64,000 bases of DNA, taken from Nitrosarchaeum sp. (lineage in GTDB: Archaea > Thermoproteota > Nitrososphaeria > Nitrososphaerales > Nitrosopumilaceae). A program made the translations under genes and the position numbers. Positions 40,669-50,389 of the stretch are shown here, piece by piece (position 1 is the stretch's first letter; each line of letters starts with the position of its first letter). The stretch is taken from contig OZ245020.1 of assembly GCA_965223865.1 (NCBI GenBank), positions 96,001 to 160,000 of the forward strand, read 5' to 3'. A model generated the notes under the pieces. That model ran no database searches, had not been told where the DNA came from, and was given only the letters and a program-made list of their open reading frames with translations.

Positions 40669-40800
40669 TTGAAAGAAGACTATGCAGAGTATACAAAGTG
40701 TGAAAGCTGTGATGCACCGCTACTTCTATGTGACTGTAATTGCCCAAAGTGTGGTAAAAGACAAGAGTGTAGATGCGAGCTAATGCCAATTGCCAATTAG
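40669..40800 (+). CDS. 43-aa Cys-rich microprotein (not in ORF track)
   Basis: TTG start; KCESC...CDCNCPKC...CRC, 8 Cys. Confidence 0.6.
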   Translation: MKEDYAEYTKCESCDAPLLLCDCNCPKCGKRQECRCELMPIAN

Positions 40801-40982
40801 AACTGTGATTTCCTAGATTAATAATCATCATTTCAGTCTATAAAGAAATTTCAAGGTGACATTTTTGATGTTCTACACATCTCAAGTTTTTTGCCAATCT
40901 ACCAATATATTGGATCTATCATTGGTGATAAATGGTAATAGTTGGTTTTTATTACCAATAAGTAATTCCAAGGTGTGCAAAT

Positions 40983-41861
40983 ATGAGTGATCTTAACGTA
41001 GCTGTTGTCATAAAATTAGAACCAGATTTTTCAGAAGGAAACGTAAGTTACAATCCAGATGGAACCCTAAATCGAGCTGAAACAAAGAATACTTTGGGTC
41101 CACACAGCGCAATTGCAGCTCATGCTGCATTTTATGCCAGAGTGATGTATGGTGCTAAAGTCTCTATTGGAACGATGGGTCCTCCAAATGCAGACATTGC
41201 ATTACAACAAGCTCAGCAAATCTCTGATGCAGAAGAGCTTCACCTGTATAGTGACAGATTGTTTGCAGGTGCTGATACTCTGGGAACTGCCGAAGTTCTA
41301 AAGACAGGAGTTGAAAAGATGCAAGGAAAGATGGATATTGTTTTTGCAGGACACAGAGCATCTGATGGTGAAACAGGACAGACAGGGCCACAGGCAGCAT
41401 GGAAGCTTGGATTTACTTTTCTTGGAAACGTAATTAGTTATAATTTAGATATGGAAACTAGAATTATTCGTGCAAAACGATTGATTAGTTTGCAGGGTGC
41501 TCCTGATGTAATTGAGGAAGTTGAAGCTCCACTTCCAGTATTCATATCAATTGATCCAACATACAAGTCAAGCTTTGATAAGGTATCTCAACGACTTGCA
41601 TTTCAGAAATATCAAAAAGAAGCAACAGAGAGAGCAGAGAATTTTAAAGATTATTTCAAAATTTTTAATGCCAAAGAATTAGGAGTTGATGAAACTCTAG
41701 TGGGACTTCCAGGTTCACCAACAATAGTTTACAAAGTTGAAAGAGTTCCAAAATCTACAGCTACTAGAAGAGCTGAAGTAGTAGATGGCTCTGATCCTGA
41801 ACAACTCCAAAAGGTTGTAGGAAAAATGAAAGAAGCCTTGGAGGCAATGGTGATAAAGTGA
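40983..41861 (+). CDS. etfB: Electron transfer flavoprotein beta subunit (FixA)
   Basis: TMGPP, DRLFAGADTLGT, DGETGQTG, GSPT. Confidence 0.93.
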   Translation: MSDLNVAVVIKLEPDFSEGNVSYNPDGTLNRAETKNTLGPHSAIAAHAAFYARVMYGAKVSIGTMGPPNADIALQQAQQISDAEELHLYSDRLFAGADTLGTAEVLKTGVEKMQGKMDIVFAGHRASDGETGQTGPQAAWKLGFTFLGNVISYNLDMETRIIRAKRLISLQGAPDVIEEVEAPLPVFISIDPTYKSSFDKVSQRLAFQKYQKEATERAENFKDYFKIFNAKELGVDETLVGLPGSPTIVYKVERVPKSTATRRAEVVDGSDPEQLQKVVGKMKEALEAMVIK

Positions 41862-43045
41862 TGGCAGAAAAATATCGACACCTATACGTCGTAGTTGAAA
41901 TTGAAGAAGGGCAAATTCTTCCAGTAAGCCTTGAGATGATCGGAGAGGCAAGACGTCTTTTAGATGATTTTAATTCAAAATATTCTTCTAAGGAAAAAGT
42001 TGTTGCAGTTATGTTAGGACACAATGTAAAAGATTTCTCAAAACAGCTAATCGAGTACGGTGCTGATGCTGTAATCTATTCAGACAATCCGGAACTAAAA
42101 GATGTAAGAAATACCATTTACACCAAAATCATTAGTCAGATTGCACAAGACCCCAAGACTTTGGGAGAGATAGAAACAGAGTATGCAAGTGAGATAAAAA
42201 GACCAAGATACATGTTTTTTGCAGCAGACAGCATAGGCAGGCACCTCTCCTCTACAGTTCTAGCAGAATTAGAATCAGGTCTGGCCTCTGATATCAACAA
42301 ACTTGTAATTGAGGACATTGAGATGTCTCACCAACAAAAGACTGCAGGTAAAAACGAAACCTATGAAAAAACCCTAGAGATGTACAGGCCTGACTTTTCA
42401 GGATTCTTGTGGACTACAATTCTTTGTCTTGATAACCGCAATCCAGCTTTTCAGCGAGACTATCACCCACAGTCTTGCAGTATCATTCCAGGCGTATTTG
42501 AACCAGTAAAACCAGACTCAGCACGTGAGGGAAAGATAATTGAATTTGTTCCGAGTCTAGACCCACAAGATCTCAAAGTAAAGGTAATAGGCAGACAAAT
42601 AATTGAAAGCGAGGTTGATTTTGAGACTCCTCGAACAATCGTATCCTTTGGCAGGGGAATAAAAGAAGACCCAGAGAAAAATATCAAACTAATCGAAGAG
42701 TTGGCAAAGCAATTAAACGCAGAAATTGGTGTGACCTTACCAATATCTAAAAAACCATACCAAGTAAGTTCTGCCTTGGATTCAAAGTATATGATTCCAG
42801 ACAGAGTCATTGGAACTAGTGGACACAAGACAAGTGCCATGTTATACATTGCAGCAGGAGTCAGCGGCGCGATGCAGCATGTATGGGGAATGAAGGATTC
42901 AGGATTTGTAGTTGCAATTAATCCTGATGAGGAGGCCCCAATCAAAGATGAGTGTGATGTTTTCATAAAAGGAAGATTAGAAGATGTGATTCCTCGATTA
43001 ATTGAGGAGATAAAAAAGCAGATACAAATTGTGGAGGCATCGTAA
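41858..43045 (+). CDS. etfA: Electron transfer flavoprotein alpha subunit (FixB)
   Basis: IGTSG, YIAAGVSGAMQH..GM, AINPD..API. Confidence 0.92.
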   Translation: MMAEKYRHLYVVVEIEEGQILPVSLEMIGEARRLLDDFNSKYSSKEKVVAVMLGHNVKDFSKQLIEYGADAVIYSDNPELKDVRNTIYTKIISQIAQDPKTLGEIETEYASEIKRPRYMFFAADSIGRHLSSTVLAELESGLASDINKLVIEDIEMSHQQKTAGKNETYEKTLEMYRPDFSGFLWTTILCLDNRNPAFQRDYHPQSCSIIPGVFEPVKPDSAREGKIIEFVPSLDPQDLKVKVIGRQIIESEVDFETPRTIVSFGRGIKEDPEKNIKLIEELAKQLNAEIGVTLPISKKPYQVSSALDSKYMIPDRVIGTSGHKTSAMLYIAAGVSGAMQHVWGMKDSGFVVAINPDEEAPIKDECDVFIKGRLEDVIPRLIEEIKKQIQIVEAS

Positions 43046-43046
43046 T

Positions 43047-44915
43047 TTGGAAAAATATGATGTTGCAATAATTGGTGGAGGCACTGCAGGACTAGCTGCT
43101 CTAAAACAGTTATCAAATCTTGGCAAGCAAGCAATTCTACTGGAGGCAGGATCAGAGGTTGGCTCAAAGAATCTCTCAGGTGGAATTCTTTACTCAAAGA
43201 AACCAAAGAAGGGAACTGTAAATAATGTAGAGCAGGTCTATGAGAATTTTTTAGATGATGCTCCTTTTGAGAGAAAGATAACAAAGTATGTTTTGCACTC
43301 AACATCAAAAGACAAGATCTACTCGATGGATCTTACTGCAGCACACGAGTATCAAGCAAATTTTGGATATTCTGTTTTGTTGAACAAACTAAATTCATGG
43401 TTTGCAAGACAAGCAAATGATGCAGCTGAAAAACTAGGTGGCGGAATAATTCCAGGTGTGCATGTACGCTCAATTACCTGGAATGATAGTGGTAGTGCTG
43501 TAATTCAGACTGATGAGTTAGATGAATTTGAAGTCAAAGCAGTAATTGCAGCTGATGGAGTAAACTCTGAAATTGCTGAAATGGTAGGTGCAAGACCAAA
43601 GTTCACACCAACACAGTTGTATCAAGGAGTAAAAGTAATTGTAAAACTTCCTGAAGAGATTATTGAGAAGAGATTTGGAATCTCATCAAATGAAGGTGCA
43701 GCCCATCTATTTGCAGGAGATGTTACACTAAACCATATTGGAGGGGGATTTCTGTATACAAATTCAAATACACTTTCAGTTGGTGCAGTATACCACTTTG
43801 ACTCTCAGTTGTCAAATCCAACTGAACCATACACCCTCATTGATGCACTTTTGAAAAATCCAATGATAAGTGAATTTATCAAAGATGATGTACCAATCAA
43901 AGGAGAAATCGACAAGAATCTTCCACAAGAAGAACAGTTACGAATTCGCTTTGCAGTAGCAAAGCAAATCAAAAACTGGAATGAGATCCGTGAGGCACAT
44001 CTGTCATCAAGTGGAAGACAACGACTAATTGATTCAGGCAAATTCAAGACTGAAGAAGCAATTGCAACTAGACTATCTAAAATTGAAGAGATGCTAGACA
44101 AGTTGGGAGTAACTTTTGGTTCAGACTATGTAGAGGCAGAATATGGGGCAAAACTAGTTCCTGATGGAAAGAGATGCAGGATGACAAAGCCATTTTACAA
44201 AAATATCTTATTTGTCGGAGATGCAGCAGGCAGAGGAGTCTTTGTTGGTCCAAGAATTGAGGGACTAAATGTAGGAATAGATGATGGAGTAAGAGCAGCC
44301 AATGCAGTAGCAAGGGCAATTGACAAGAATGACTTTTCATCTGATTATCTAGGTGAATACTATTCTCAGCAGACAGAGGAGAGTCCATACACCACAGATA
44401 TGAAACAGATTGACAAGGATTACCTCAAGATTTTTCTTGATGCAGCAAAAGATGTACCAAAAGATATCATTGGATCACGCTATGGCCCAATTTTGAAAAT
44501 GATGTCAAGTGGAACCTTGCGAGGCATTGCTGTAAAGTTTGCAAATATTTTAGGATACGAAAAACTTCTTCCAATGGTAGAATCAGAGGACACCTACGTA
44601 AAGGTGCCAATTGAGCTTGCCGAACGCCTAGGTGAGACAGTATCTACAACCTATTCTCCAAGTATTCCCTCAATTGCAGACAGAATTGCAAATCTAAGTT
44701 ACAATGATGATAACTCATCTCACATCAAGGTTCTAAAGCCTACTAGTGAATATATGAAAAAGATGGTAACTCTTTGTCCTGCAAAGTGTTACACAGAAGA
44801 AGGTGGAAATGTCATAATACAACACGAGGGATGTGTAGATTGTGGAACATGTTCACAAGAAACAGAGTGGAGACATCCCCGTGGTGAAAAAGGAATTCAT
44901 TACAAGTACGGCTAG
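43047..44915 (+). CDS. FixC-like FAD oxidoreductase fused to a FixX-like ferredoxin
   Basis: GGGTAG, GSKNLSGG, AADGVNS, GDAAG; C-terminal CPAKCY...GCVDCGTC...W.HPRG.KG..YKYG. Confidence 0.88.
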   Translation: MEKYDVAIIGGGTAGLAALKQLSNLGKQAILLEAGSEVGSKNLSGGILYSKKPKKGTVNNVEQVYENFLDDAPFERKITKYVLHSTSKDKIYSMDLTAAHEYQANFGYSVLLNKLNSWFARQANDAAEKLGGGIIPGVHVRSITWNDSGSAVIQTDELDEFEVKAVIAADGVNSEIAEMVGARPKFTPTQLYQGVKVIVKLPEEIIEKRFGISSNEGAAHLFAGDVTLNHIGGGFLYTNSNTLSVGAVYHFDSQLSNPTEPYTLIDALLKNPMISEFIKDDVPIKGEIDKNLPQEEQLRIRFAVAKQIKNWNEIREAHLSSSGRQRLIDSGKFKTEEAIATRLSKIEEMLDKLGVTFGSDYVEAEYGAKLVPDGKRCRMTKPFYKNILFVGDAAGRGVFVGPRIEGLNVGIDDGVRAANAVARAIDKNDFSSDYLGEYYSQQTEESPYTTDMKQIDKDYLKIFLDAAKDVPKDIIGSRYGPILKMMSSGTLRGIAVKFANILGYEKLLPMVESEDTYVKVPIELAERLGETVSTTYSPSIPSIADRIANLSYNDDNSSHIKVLKPTSEYMKKMVTLCPAKCYTEEGGNVIIQHEGCVDCGTCSQETEWRHPRGEKGIHYKYG

Positions 44916-44920
44916 ATCAA

Positions 44921-45595
44921 CTAGACAGTAACTTTAACAGTTTTTAGTTCATCATAGGCTTTTCTAATTTCAGAGTAGTACTCTGGGAGTTGTGGAGGAA
45001 GTAAAGTAAATCCAATGTAAAAGTCCTCAGCTTCTCTTAGATACCTCTTTATTTTCTCATGTTGAGGAACTTGAGCCATAAATTTCATGTTGTTTATTCT
45101 ATCGGCTAGCTTGATTATCTTTACATCATATTTTGAACTGGACAGATCAGAGCAGTATTCAAAAAATCTTTGTTGCTTTTTTTCCTCCTCATTAGAACCT
45201 GTAAAGTTTTCAATTGGTTTTGTTTTTAATATCATGGAATTGTTGTAGACATAGTCTCCAAATCTGTGTTTAAAGTATGCATCAAATCCATAAGCTTTTG
45301 CAGAATAAAGATCTAGGATTTTATCATTGTCTTCCATGACATCATGTAAAACTGCTGAGACAATCTGAAGTGTGGTAAGAAGTTTGTCAGTACCTTGATA
45401 ATGTTTGATTACATCTAGAGTGACAGGCCATACATGAGTTTCAAGAAATGAAGACTTGCCATCTTCTCTTGTAATTTCTAAATGAACTTCTTCAGCTAGT
45501 TCTATTGCGTTTTCAACAAAACTATCAACTATAATTTTTGCATCATTTTCAATGTATGATATAAGATCCTCTCGTGTTACTTCTTGAATTGTCAC
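44921..45595 (-). CDS. HD-domain hydrolase (RelA/SpoT HD, Mesh1-like)
   Basis: H..R.DG..F..H, AVLHDVMED, IKLADRINN. Confidence 0.8.
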   Translation of the reverse strand: MTIQEVTREDLISYIENDAKIIVDSFVENAIELAEEVHLEITREDGKSSFLETHVWPVTLDVIKHYQGTDKLLTTLQIVSAVLHDVMEDNDKILDLYSAKAYGFDAYFKHRFGDYVYNNSMILKTKPIENFTGSNEEEKKQQRFFEYCSDLSSSKYDVKIIKLADRINNMKFMAQVPQHEKIKRYLREAEDFYIGFTLLPPQLPEYYSEIRKAYDELKTVKVTV

Positions 45596-45674
45596 TAACT
45601 ATCAATAGGTAATTATCATTCAAAAACTTGTTTATTGCTACTTTGAGGCGCGAACAAGTGATAGATTATTGTAT

Positions 45675-46118
45675 CTAAGAATAGTATTCTTTGAATCCCT
45701 TGTCAGTAGGATATAGCTCAATTTTTGGACCAAACAATCCTTGTTTTTGTTGTACCTTTAGAAGTCCTTTTTTTTCTAGATCCTCTAAAATTGAATCAAG
45801 TTCTTTATTGTCAAAACCTGTGTTTTTTTGAATGCTTTCAAATGTTTTTGATCCTCTGTTTAGTTCTCCTAAAACAAGCATCTTTTTGCTTTGAGGCTTT
45901 GAAAAGTCTCTTTGAGGTTTTGTAGATTCCCTTTGAGGTTCTGAAAAGTTCCGTTGAGGTTCCCTGTATTCATCAAAACTTTGTCGAAATTCATTTTCTT
46001 GAATGGTTTGAGGTGAACCATCCCTCATTTTTCTTCTAGCCAAGAAACGAGGAATGATCCTGGCAAGCGGGATTATTAAAAAAATCAGCAAATAAATCCA
46101 AGAATAATCTGTGGCCAT
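45675..46118 (-). CDS. Membrane-anchored protein with short PQR repeats and C-terminal wHTH
   Basis: N-terminal TM; EPQRNFS/EPQREST/KPQRDFS; wHTH tail. Confidence 0.7.
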   Translation of the reverse strand: MATDYSWIYLLIFLIIPLARIIPRFLARRKMRDGSPQTIQENEFRQSFDEYREPQRNFSEPQRESTKPQRDFSKPQSKKMLVLGELNRGSKTFESIQKNTGFDNKELDSILEDLEKKGLLKVQQKQGLFGPKIELYPTDKGFKEYYS

Positions 46119-46232
46119 CTATTTTTGATACGTCAAGAGATGATAAATTTGTTAACCAGAGATAGTTCTAATGTCTAACTTCATTTGAAATTAGGATTGG
46201 TATAAAAGTAGGAAATAACCAGGTAATAGTAA

Positions 46233-47096
46233 TTGTCAAGATATCAAACTCCCAAAGTTAATGTAAATATGAATGCCGCAAAAGGCATTGCAATTGGTTT
46301 TGTTATACTTATTCTTATTGGAGTAGTTGCATTTGCTTCAGTAAAAATTGTAGATGCAGGTCATAGAGGAGTACTTTTACACTGGAATGCAGTTGATCTT
46401 ACAAATCCACCTCTTGATGAGGGATTACATTTTGTGGTTCCCTTCCAAGATGAAGTGGTTGATGTTGAGGTCCGTACCCTCAAATATGAAAAAGAGACTC
46501 GAAGTGCATCAAAAGACCTTCAGACAGTAGAAACAACTGTGACTGTTAACTATCATCCAGATAGAGAGGCTGTACATAGATTATACAAGAATCTGGGTCT
46601 TGACTATGAAAATAGGGTTATTCAGCCGGCCATAGAGGAGACAGTAAAACAGGTAACTGCAAATTATAATGCTGAAGAACTAATTACAAAAAGACCCTTA
46701 GTTAAGCAAGATATCGAAGCTTCAATTAGAGACAGATTAAGTCAATTTGAGGTTGTAACAGAAGTAATTTCAATTACTGATTTTGAATTCTCGCCATTGT
46801 TTGCTCAAGCAATTGAGGCCAAGGTGGAGGCCGAACAAAAGGCACTCAAAGCTGAAAACGACTTGAGAAGAATAGAAGTTGAGGCAAGACAAAGAGAGGC
46901 AAATGCCATAGGTGTGGCAAATGCAAACATTGCAGAGGCCAAAGGCGAAGCAGAAGCTATTGCAATAATTAACAAGGCATTAGCTGAGAATCCAAATTAT
47001 TTGGAATGGCTCAAAACACAAGCATGGGATGGTAAATTACCACTTGTTGTAGGTGAAGGTGGAACGCCGTTTATCCAGATACCTGTTAGTCCTTGA
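46233..47096 (+). CDS. SPFH/prohibitin family protein
   Basis: EGLHFVVP, SKDLQTV, AIEAKVEAEQ, WDGKLP. Confidence 0.92.
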   Translation: MSRYQTPKVNVNMNAAKGIAIGFVILILIGVVAFASVKIVDAGHRGVLLHWNAVDLTNPPLDEGLHFVVPFQDEVVDVEVRTLKYEKETRSASKDLQTVETTVTVNYHPDREAVHRLYKNLGLDYENRVIQPAIEETVKQVTANYNAEELITKRPLVKQDIEASIRDRLSQFEVVTEVISITDFEFSPLFAQAIEAKVEAEQKALKAENDLRRIEVEARQREANAIGVANANIAEAKGEAEAIAIINKALAENPNYLEWLKTQAWDGKLPLVVGEGGTPFIQIPVSP

Positions 47097-47110
47097 TCAT
47101 TTAGAAAATT

Positions 47111-47407
47111 CTATTCTTTTTTGGGATTCTCTCTGATTGCATCATACATGGCAAGAAATTGCTCAGGTTCGTTTTGTCTGTAATTTTTCTCAAGGTTTTG
47201 GATTTCTTCGTGTGAGATGTCTTCTCCCTTGTTATTGTAATATTCTTTAATTATTTGGGATGGAGTCTTTTTGATGTTATATTTTTGAAGTGTCTGTCTA
47301 ACTGATCTTTTACATAACAAATCGTAAATAAAAAATCGATGAATGAGATATCCTGATAATCCTATGATTGCGACAATAATGATAGGAATTACAATTGGTG
47401 ATGCCAT
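47111..47407 (-). CDS. Hypothetical single-TM protein
   Basis: N-terminal TM; plausible coding composition. Confidence 0.6.
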   Translation of the reverse strand: MASPIVIPIIIVAIIGLSGYLIHRFFIYDLLCKRSVRQTLQKYNIKKTPSQIIKEYYNNKGEDISHEEIQNLEKNYRQNEPEQFLAMYDAIRENPKKE

Positions 47408-47426
47408 ACTAAATTATACGTTTTTT

Positions 47427-47798
47427 TTAGTATTTCATTGTTATTCTTTTTAACTGAATTTGAACTTTGATTATGAGGCGTGAATTTACCTTTTTTCTTC
47501 TTGGATTAAAGTGAATGTAACCATTTGAGATAGAATAGCTCTCTTTGAGTTGCTCATCTTCAGGCAAGAATTCATATTCAAAGTTTCCAAATTTCAGCAT
47601 TTCAATAATATGTTCCTTAATTGGTGTACCTGATTTGTCTAAATCAATTTTGTGTCTTCCCTGGGAGATGATTCTTGGATAATAATCACGGTCAAACTTT
47701 TCAGAGACATATTTTCTCAAATAATTATGATCATTTCTAGCCTTTAGCCACCAATTTGGCGATACATCCATAAAAAATTTCAGTTCTTTCATATACAT
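47427..47798 (-). CDS. Hypothetical protein
   Basis: 123-aa ORF filling the intergenic gap. Confidence 0.6.
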   Translation of the reverse strand: MYMKELKFFMDVSPNWWLKARNDHNYLRKYVSEKFDRDYYPRIISQGRHKIDLDKSGTPIKEHIIEMLKFGNFEYEFLPEDEQLKESYSISNGYIHFNPRRKKVNSRLIIKVQIQLKRITMKY

Positions 47799-47902
47799 TA
47801 GGAATCACTTGTTTGCATTTATTACTAATCTCAAACAGGAAGACAGTGGGTTAGTCATGCAAAACAGCCTTCCACAAAAATTTCAATGTAGTTTGAGCAC
47901 AT

Positions 47903-48574
47903 GTGAAAAAAATGAATACGATTGATTCACTTAACACAAGAATTGCAAAATGCAGGAAATGTCCAAGATTGTCTCAATATATCAGAGATGTTGCAAAAAA
48001 TAAGGTAAGACGATTCAGAGATGAAAAATATTATGGTAAGCCATTGTCTGGATTTGGCGATATCAATGCCAGACTGCTAATTGTTGGATTGGCGCCAGCT
48101 GCTCATGGCGGAAATAGGACAGGCAGGATGTTTACAGGAGATTCCTCTGGAGACTGGCTTGCAAAAGTAATGCACAGACATGGATTTGCCTCAATTCCTA
48201 CCAGTCAAAGTAGAGATGACGGATTGGTTCTAAATGATGCTTACATTACAGCAACCCTAAGATGTGCCCCTCCACAAAACAAGCCTACAAGAGATGAGAT
48301 GGAAAATTGTTTTGTTTACCTACAAGAGGAGATTAAAATTCTCAAAAACATTTCAGTGATCCTATGTCTTGGAAAGATTGCATATGATACTACATGTAAG
48401 TTACTTGAGATAAAGTCTGAAAAATTTGGACATAACAAGCTGTTCACAGATGATAACTACAAGATTCTAACCTCATACCATCCATCAAAACAAAACACAC
48501 AGACAGGAAGATTAACTTGGAGAGATTGGTCTGCTGTGTTTGCAAAGGCAAAGAGAATAACTCGAAATGCTTAG
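47903..48574 (+). CDS. Uracil-DNA glycosylase family 5 (UdgB-like, Fe-S)
   Basis: CRKCPRL, GLAPAAHGGNRTGRMFTGD, YHPSKQN. Confidence 0.92.
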   Translation: MKKMNTIDSLNTRIAKCRKCPRLSQYIRDVAKNKVRRFRDEKYYGKPLSGFGDINARLLIVGLAPAAHGGNRTGRMFTGDSSGDWLAKVMHRHGFASIPTSQSRDDGLVLNDAYITATLRCAPPQNKPTRDEMENCFVYLQEEIKILKNISVILCLGKIAYDTTCKLLEIKSEKFGHNKLFTDDNYKILTSYHPSKQNTQTGRLTWRDWSAVFAKAKRITRNA

Positions 48575-48599
48575 ATTTTCTCAAATTCTATAATTTATT

Positions 48600-48914
48600 G
48601 TGAGCCAAGAGATTATTTCATTTATTGAAGTATCATATGATCAGCTAAAATCAAGCCCAATTGATAAACTAGAAGAAGAGATCACCAAAAATATCCAACC
48701 ATATTTTGAAAAGATTTCTCAGATGGATTTAGATGAGAAGATTAAACTCAGAGAATATGTAAAGCAGACAAGAAAAGAGAAATTTCGATTCTCACAGGAA
48801 ATCACAAAAGATATTCCAAAGGAAAGAATTCAAATTGCACTTTCACATCTTGCAAAATTATTTCGAAGATTAGATGATGAGATAAAAAATGAAACAGATC
48901 AAAGCAAAGCTTAG
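48600..48914 (+). CDS. Hypothetical helical protein
   Basis: 104-aa charged ORF. Confidence 0.55.
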   Translation: MSQEIISFIEVSYDQLKSSPIDKLEEEITKNIQPYFEKISQMDLDEKIKLREYVKQTRKEKFRFSQEITKDIPKERIQIALSHLAKLFRRLDDEIKNETDQSKA

Positions 48915-48939
48915 ATGCAATACTTTGAAGATAGATTAA

Positions 48940-49053
48940 ATGAGTGAAGAAATAAGATTTTGTCCAAAGTGTGGAGGTCTGATGTTTAGAGAGCATGGCG
49001 AATCTGTTTCGTGGTACTGTCCTTCTTGCAATGTAAAGTTCAAAACTGAATAA
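48940..49053 (+). CDS. 37-aa zinc-ribbon microprotein (not in ORF track)
   Basis: MSEEIRFCPKCGGLM...WYCPSC. Confidence 0.7.
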   Translation: MSEEIRFCPKCGGLMFREHGESVSWYCPSCNVKFKTE

Positions 49054-49093
49054 TAGAGAAATACTTGTATTCATAGCAAATAGGATTAACGTT

Positions 49094-49282
49094 ATGAAAA
49101 AGTGTCAGTGTGACAAGTGCGATTGTCCAAATGAGATCAAGGAGTTTGGACACAGATATGAAGAAGAAAATGCAATTGTAGAGGCTGAATTTCAAAAGGA
49201 TGCAGACAAGGTAGAATCAATTATCAAGGAAATTTGTGATTATTGCGAAAGGGGTCAACACCAAGGATCTCCAAGTTCTTAA
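49094..49282 (+). CDS. Small Cys-rich protein
   Basis: CQCDKCDC...CDYC..GQH. Confidence 0.65.
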   Translation: MKKCQCDKCDCPNEIKEFGHRYEEENAIVEAEFQKDADKVESIIKEICDYCERGQHQGSPSS

Positions 49283-49283
49283 G

Positions 49284-49538
49284 ATGGAAATCAAAAACGT
49301 TACTTTATTTTTTGTAGGCATTGCTGTAATAATTTTAGGAACGTTTGTTGTGGTTTTTGATTATCCTCAGATTCAATACTTTGAAAGCATGGAATCTGAA
49401 TCATACCTGATGCTAGATGGGCAAGAAAGAGATATTCATCAAAGACTAGTGATAGAGTTTAGCATAGGAATCGGAGTTTTGGTAATAGGAATTGCATTAT
49501 TGATAGTTTCAGTTTTCAAAAAATCAAAGACAACATAA
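49284..49538 (+). CDS. 2-TM membrane protein
   Basis: ATG at 49284; two hydrophobic helices. Confidence 0.65.
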   Translation: MEIKNVTLFFVGIAVIILGTFVVVFDYPQIQYFESMESESYLMLDGQERDIHQRLVIEFSIGIGVLVIGIALLIVSVFKKSKTT

Positions 49539-49548
49539 ATTTGAAAAT

Positions 49549-49902
49549 TTATCTAATTAACTGCAAAATTTTTTGAATTACTGGATCGTGTGCTACTTCG
49601 ACTTCAGTACTAATTATGAGAAAAGCATGTGTGTCAAGAGGAAATGTAATTCGTTTGACTTTTTCATACTCAGTTAGGGAATATTTTCCCTTTCCTAAAA
49701 ATGGATAAAGTGATTCACGGGTTTTCCAACGTGAAATTATATTATGTACAGATTTGGTTACTTCGCCTATAGGTAGCCTAGATTCAACATCTCTTCGCAT
49801 TCCTCCAGCTAATATTTCACCATTAGGATGATATACAAACGCACTTCTGATTTGAGGCTCAATTCCTAAAATAAGAGAACAGATCTTTGTATACTCCATC
49901 AA
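49549..49902 (-). CDS. Thaumarchaeal roadblock/profilin-like protein (DUF6659-like)
   Basis: IRSAFV...GGMR...LGKGKYSLTEYEKVKRITFP. Confidence 0.7.
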   Translation of the reverse strand: MMEYTKICSLILGIEPQIRSAFVYHPNGEILAGGMRRDVESRLPIGEVTKSVHNIISRWKTRESLYPFLGKGKYSLTEYEKVKRITFPLDTHAFLIISTEVEVAHDPVIQKILQLIR

Positions 49903-50389
49903 GTGTTAACTTGGTAATAATAAGATGTAAATTTTTTCAAAGCAGAAAACAAAATTCAATCATAGGTAAGAATTGAAAAACAATTCGTATAATTGCTCTG
50001 TATACACTAACTACTTTGGTAACAAAGAGAATTGCAAGTATTCTGATCAGATATTTATTTACAGTAAGCACTTGATATATTGCTATATTGACACGTAGAA
50101 ATCATCAGTAGGATCTAAATATCAATAGTAGTAACCATAATCAGTTGGAGCTGTCACCAAATAACTAATCGTTGTTGGTCTTAAGTTCCACTTTTATCAT
50201 TTAAATAAAAAAAGAGGTTAAATTCTTGTTTAGTTTTTTTAAAAATTTTCAAAATTTGTCTAAGTGCGGTTTGAATTCAATGGTTAAAGTTGTACCATGA
50301 GCCAGTTAATTAAAAGAAATAGAATGAGAAACTCTGATTTTCATAGGTGACATAGTAATATTGGCAGGTCTTGTGTTGTCACTAGTTTC

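Noticed and set aside
42463-43308. 281-aa antisense ORF, and similar shadow ORFs at 11094-11681 and 32785-33381
   Set aside because: Antisense shadows of well-supported genes (etfA/fixC, mcm, thermosome).
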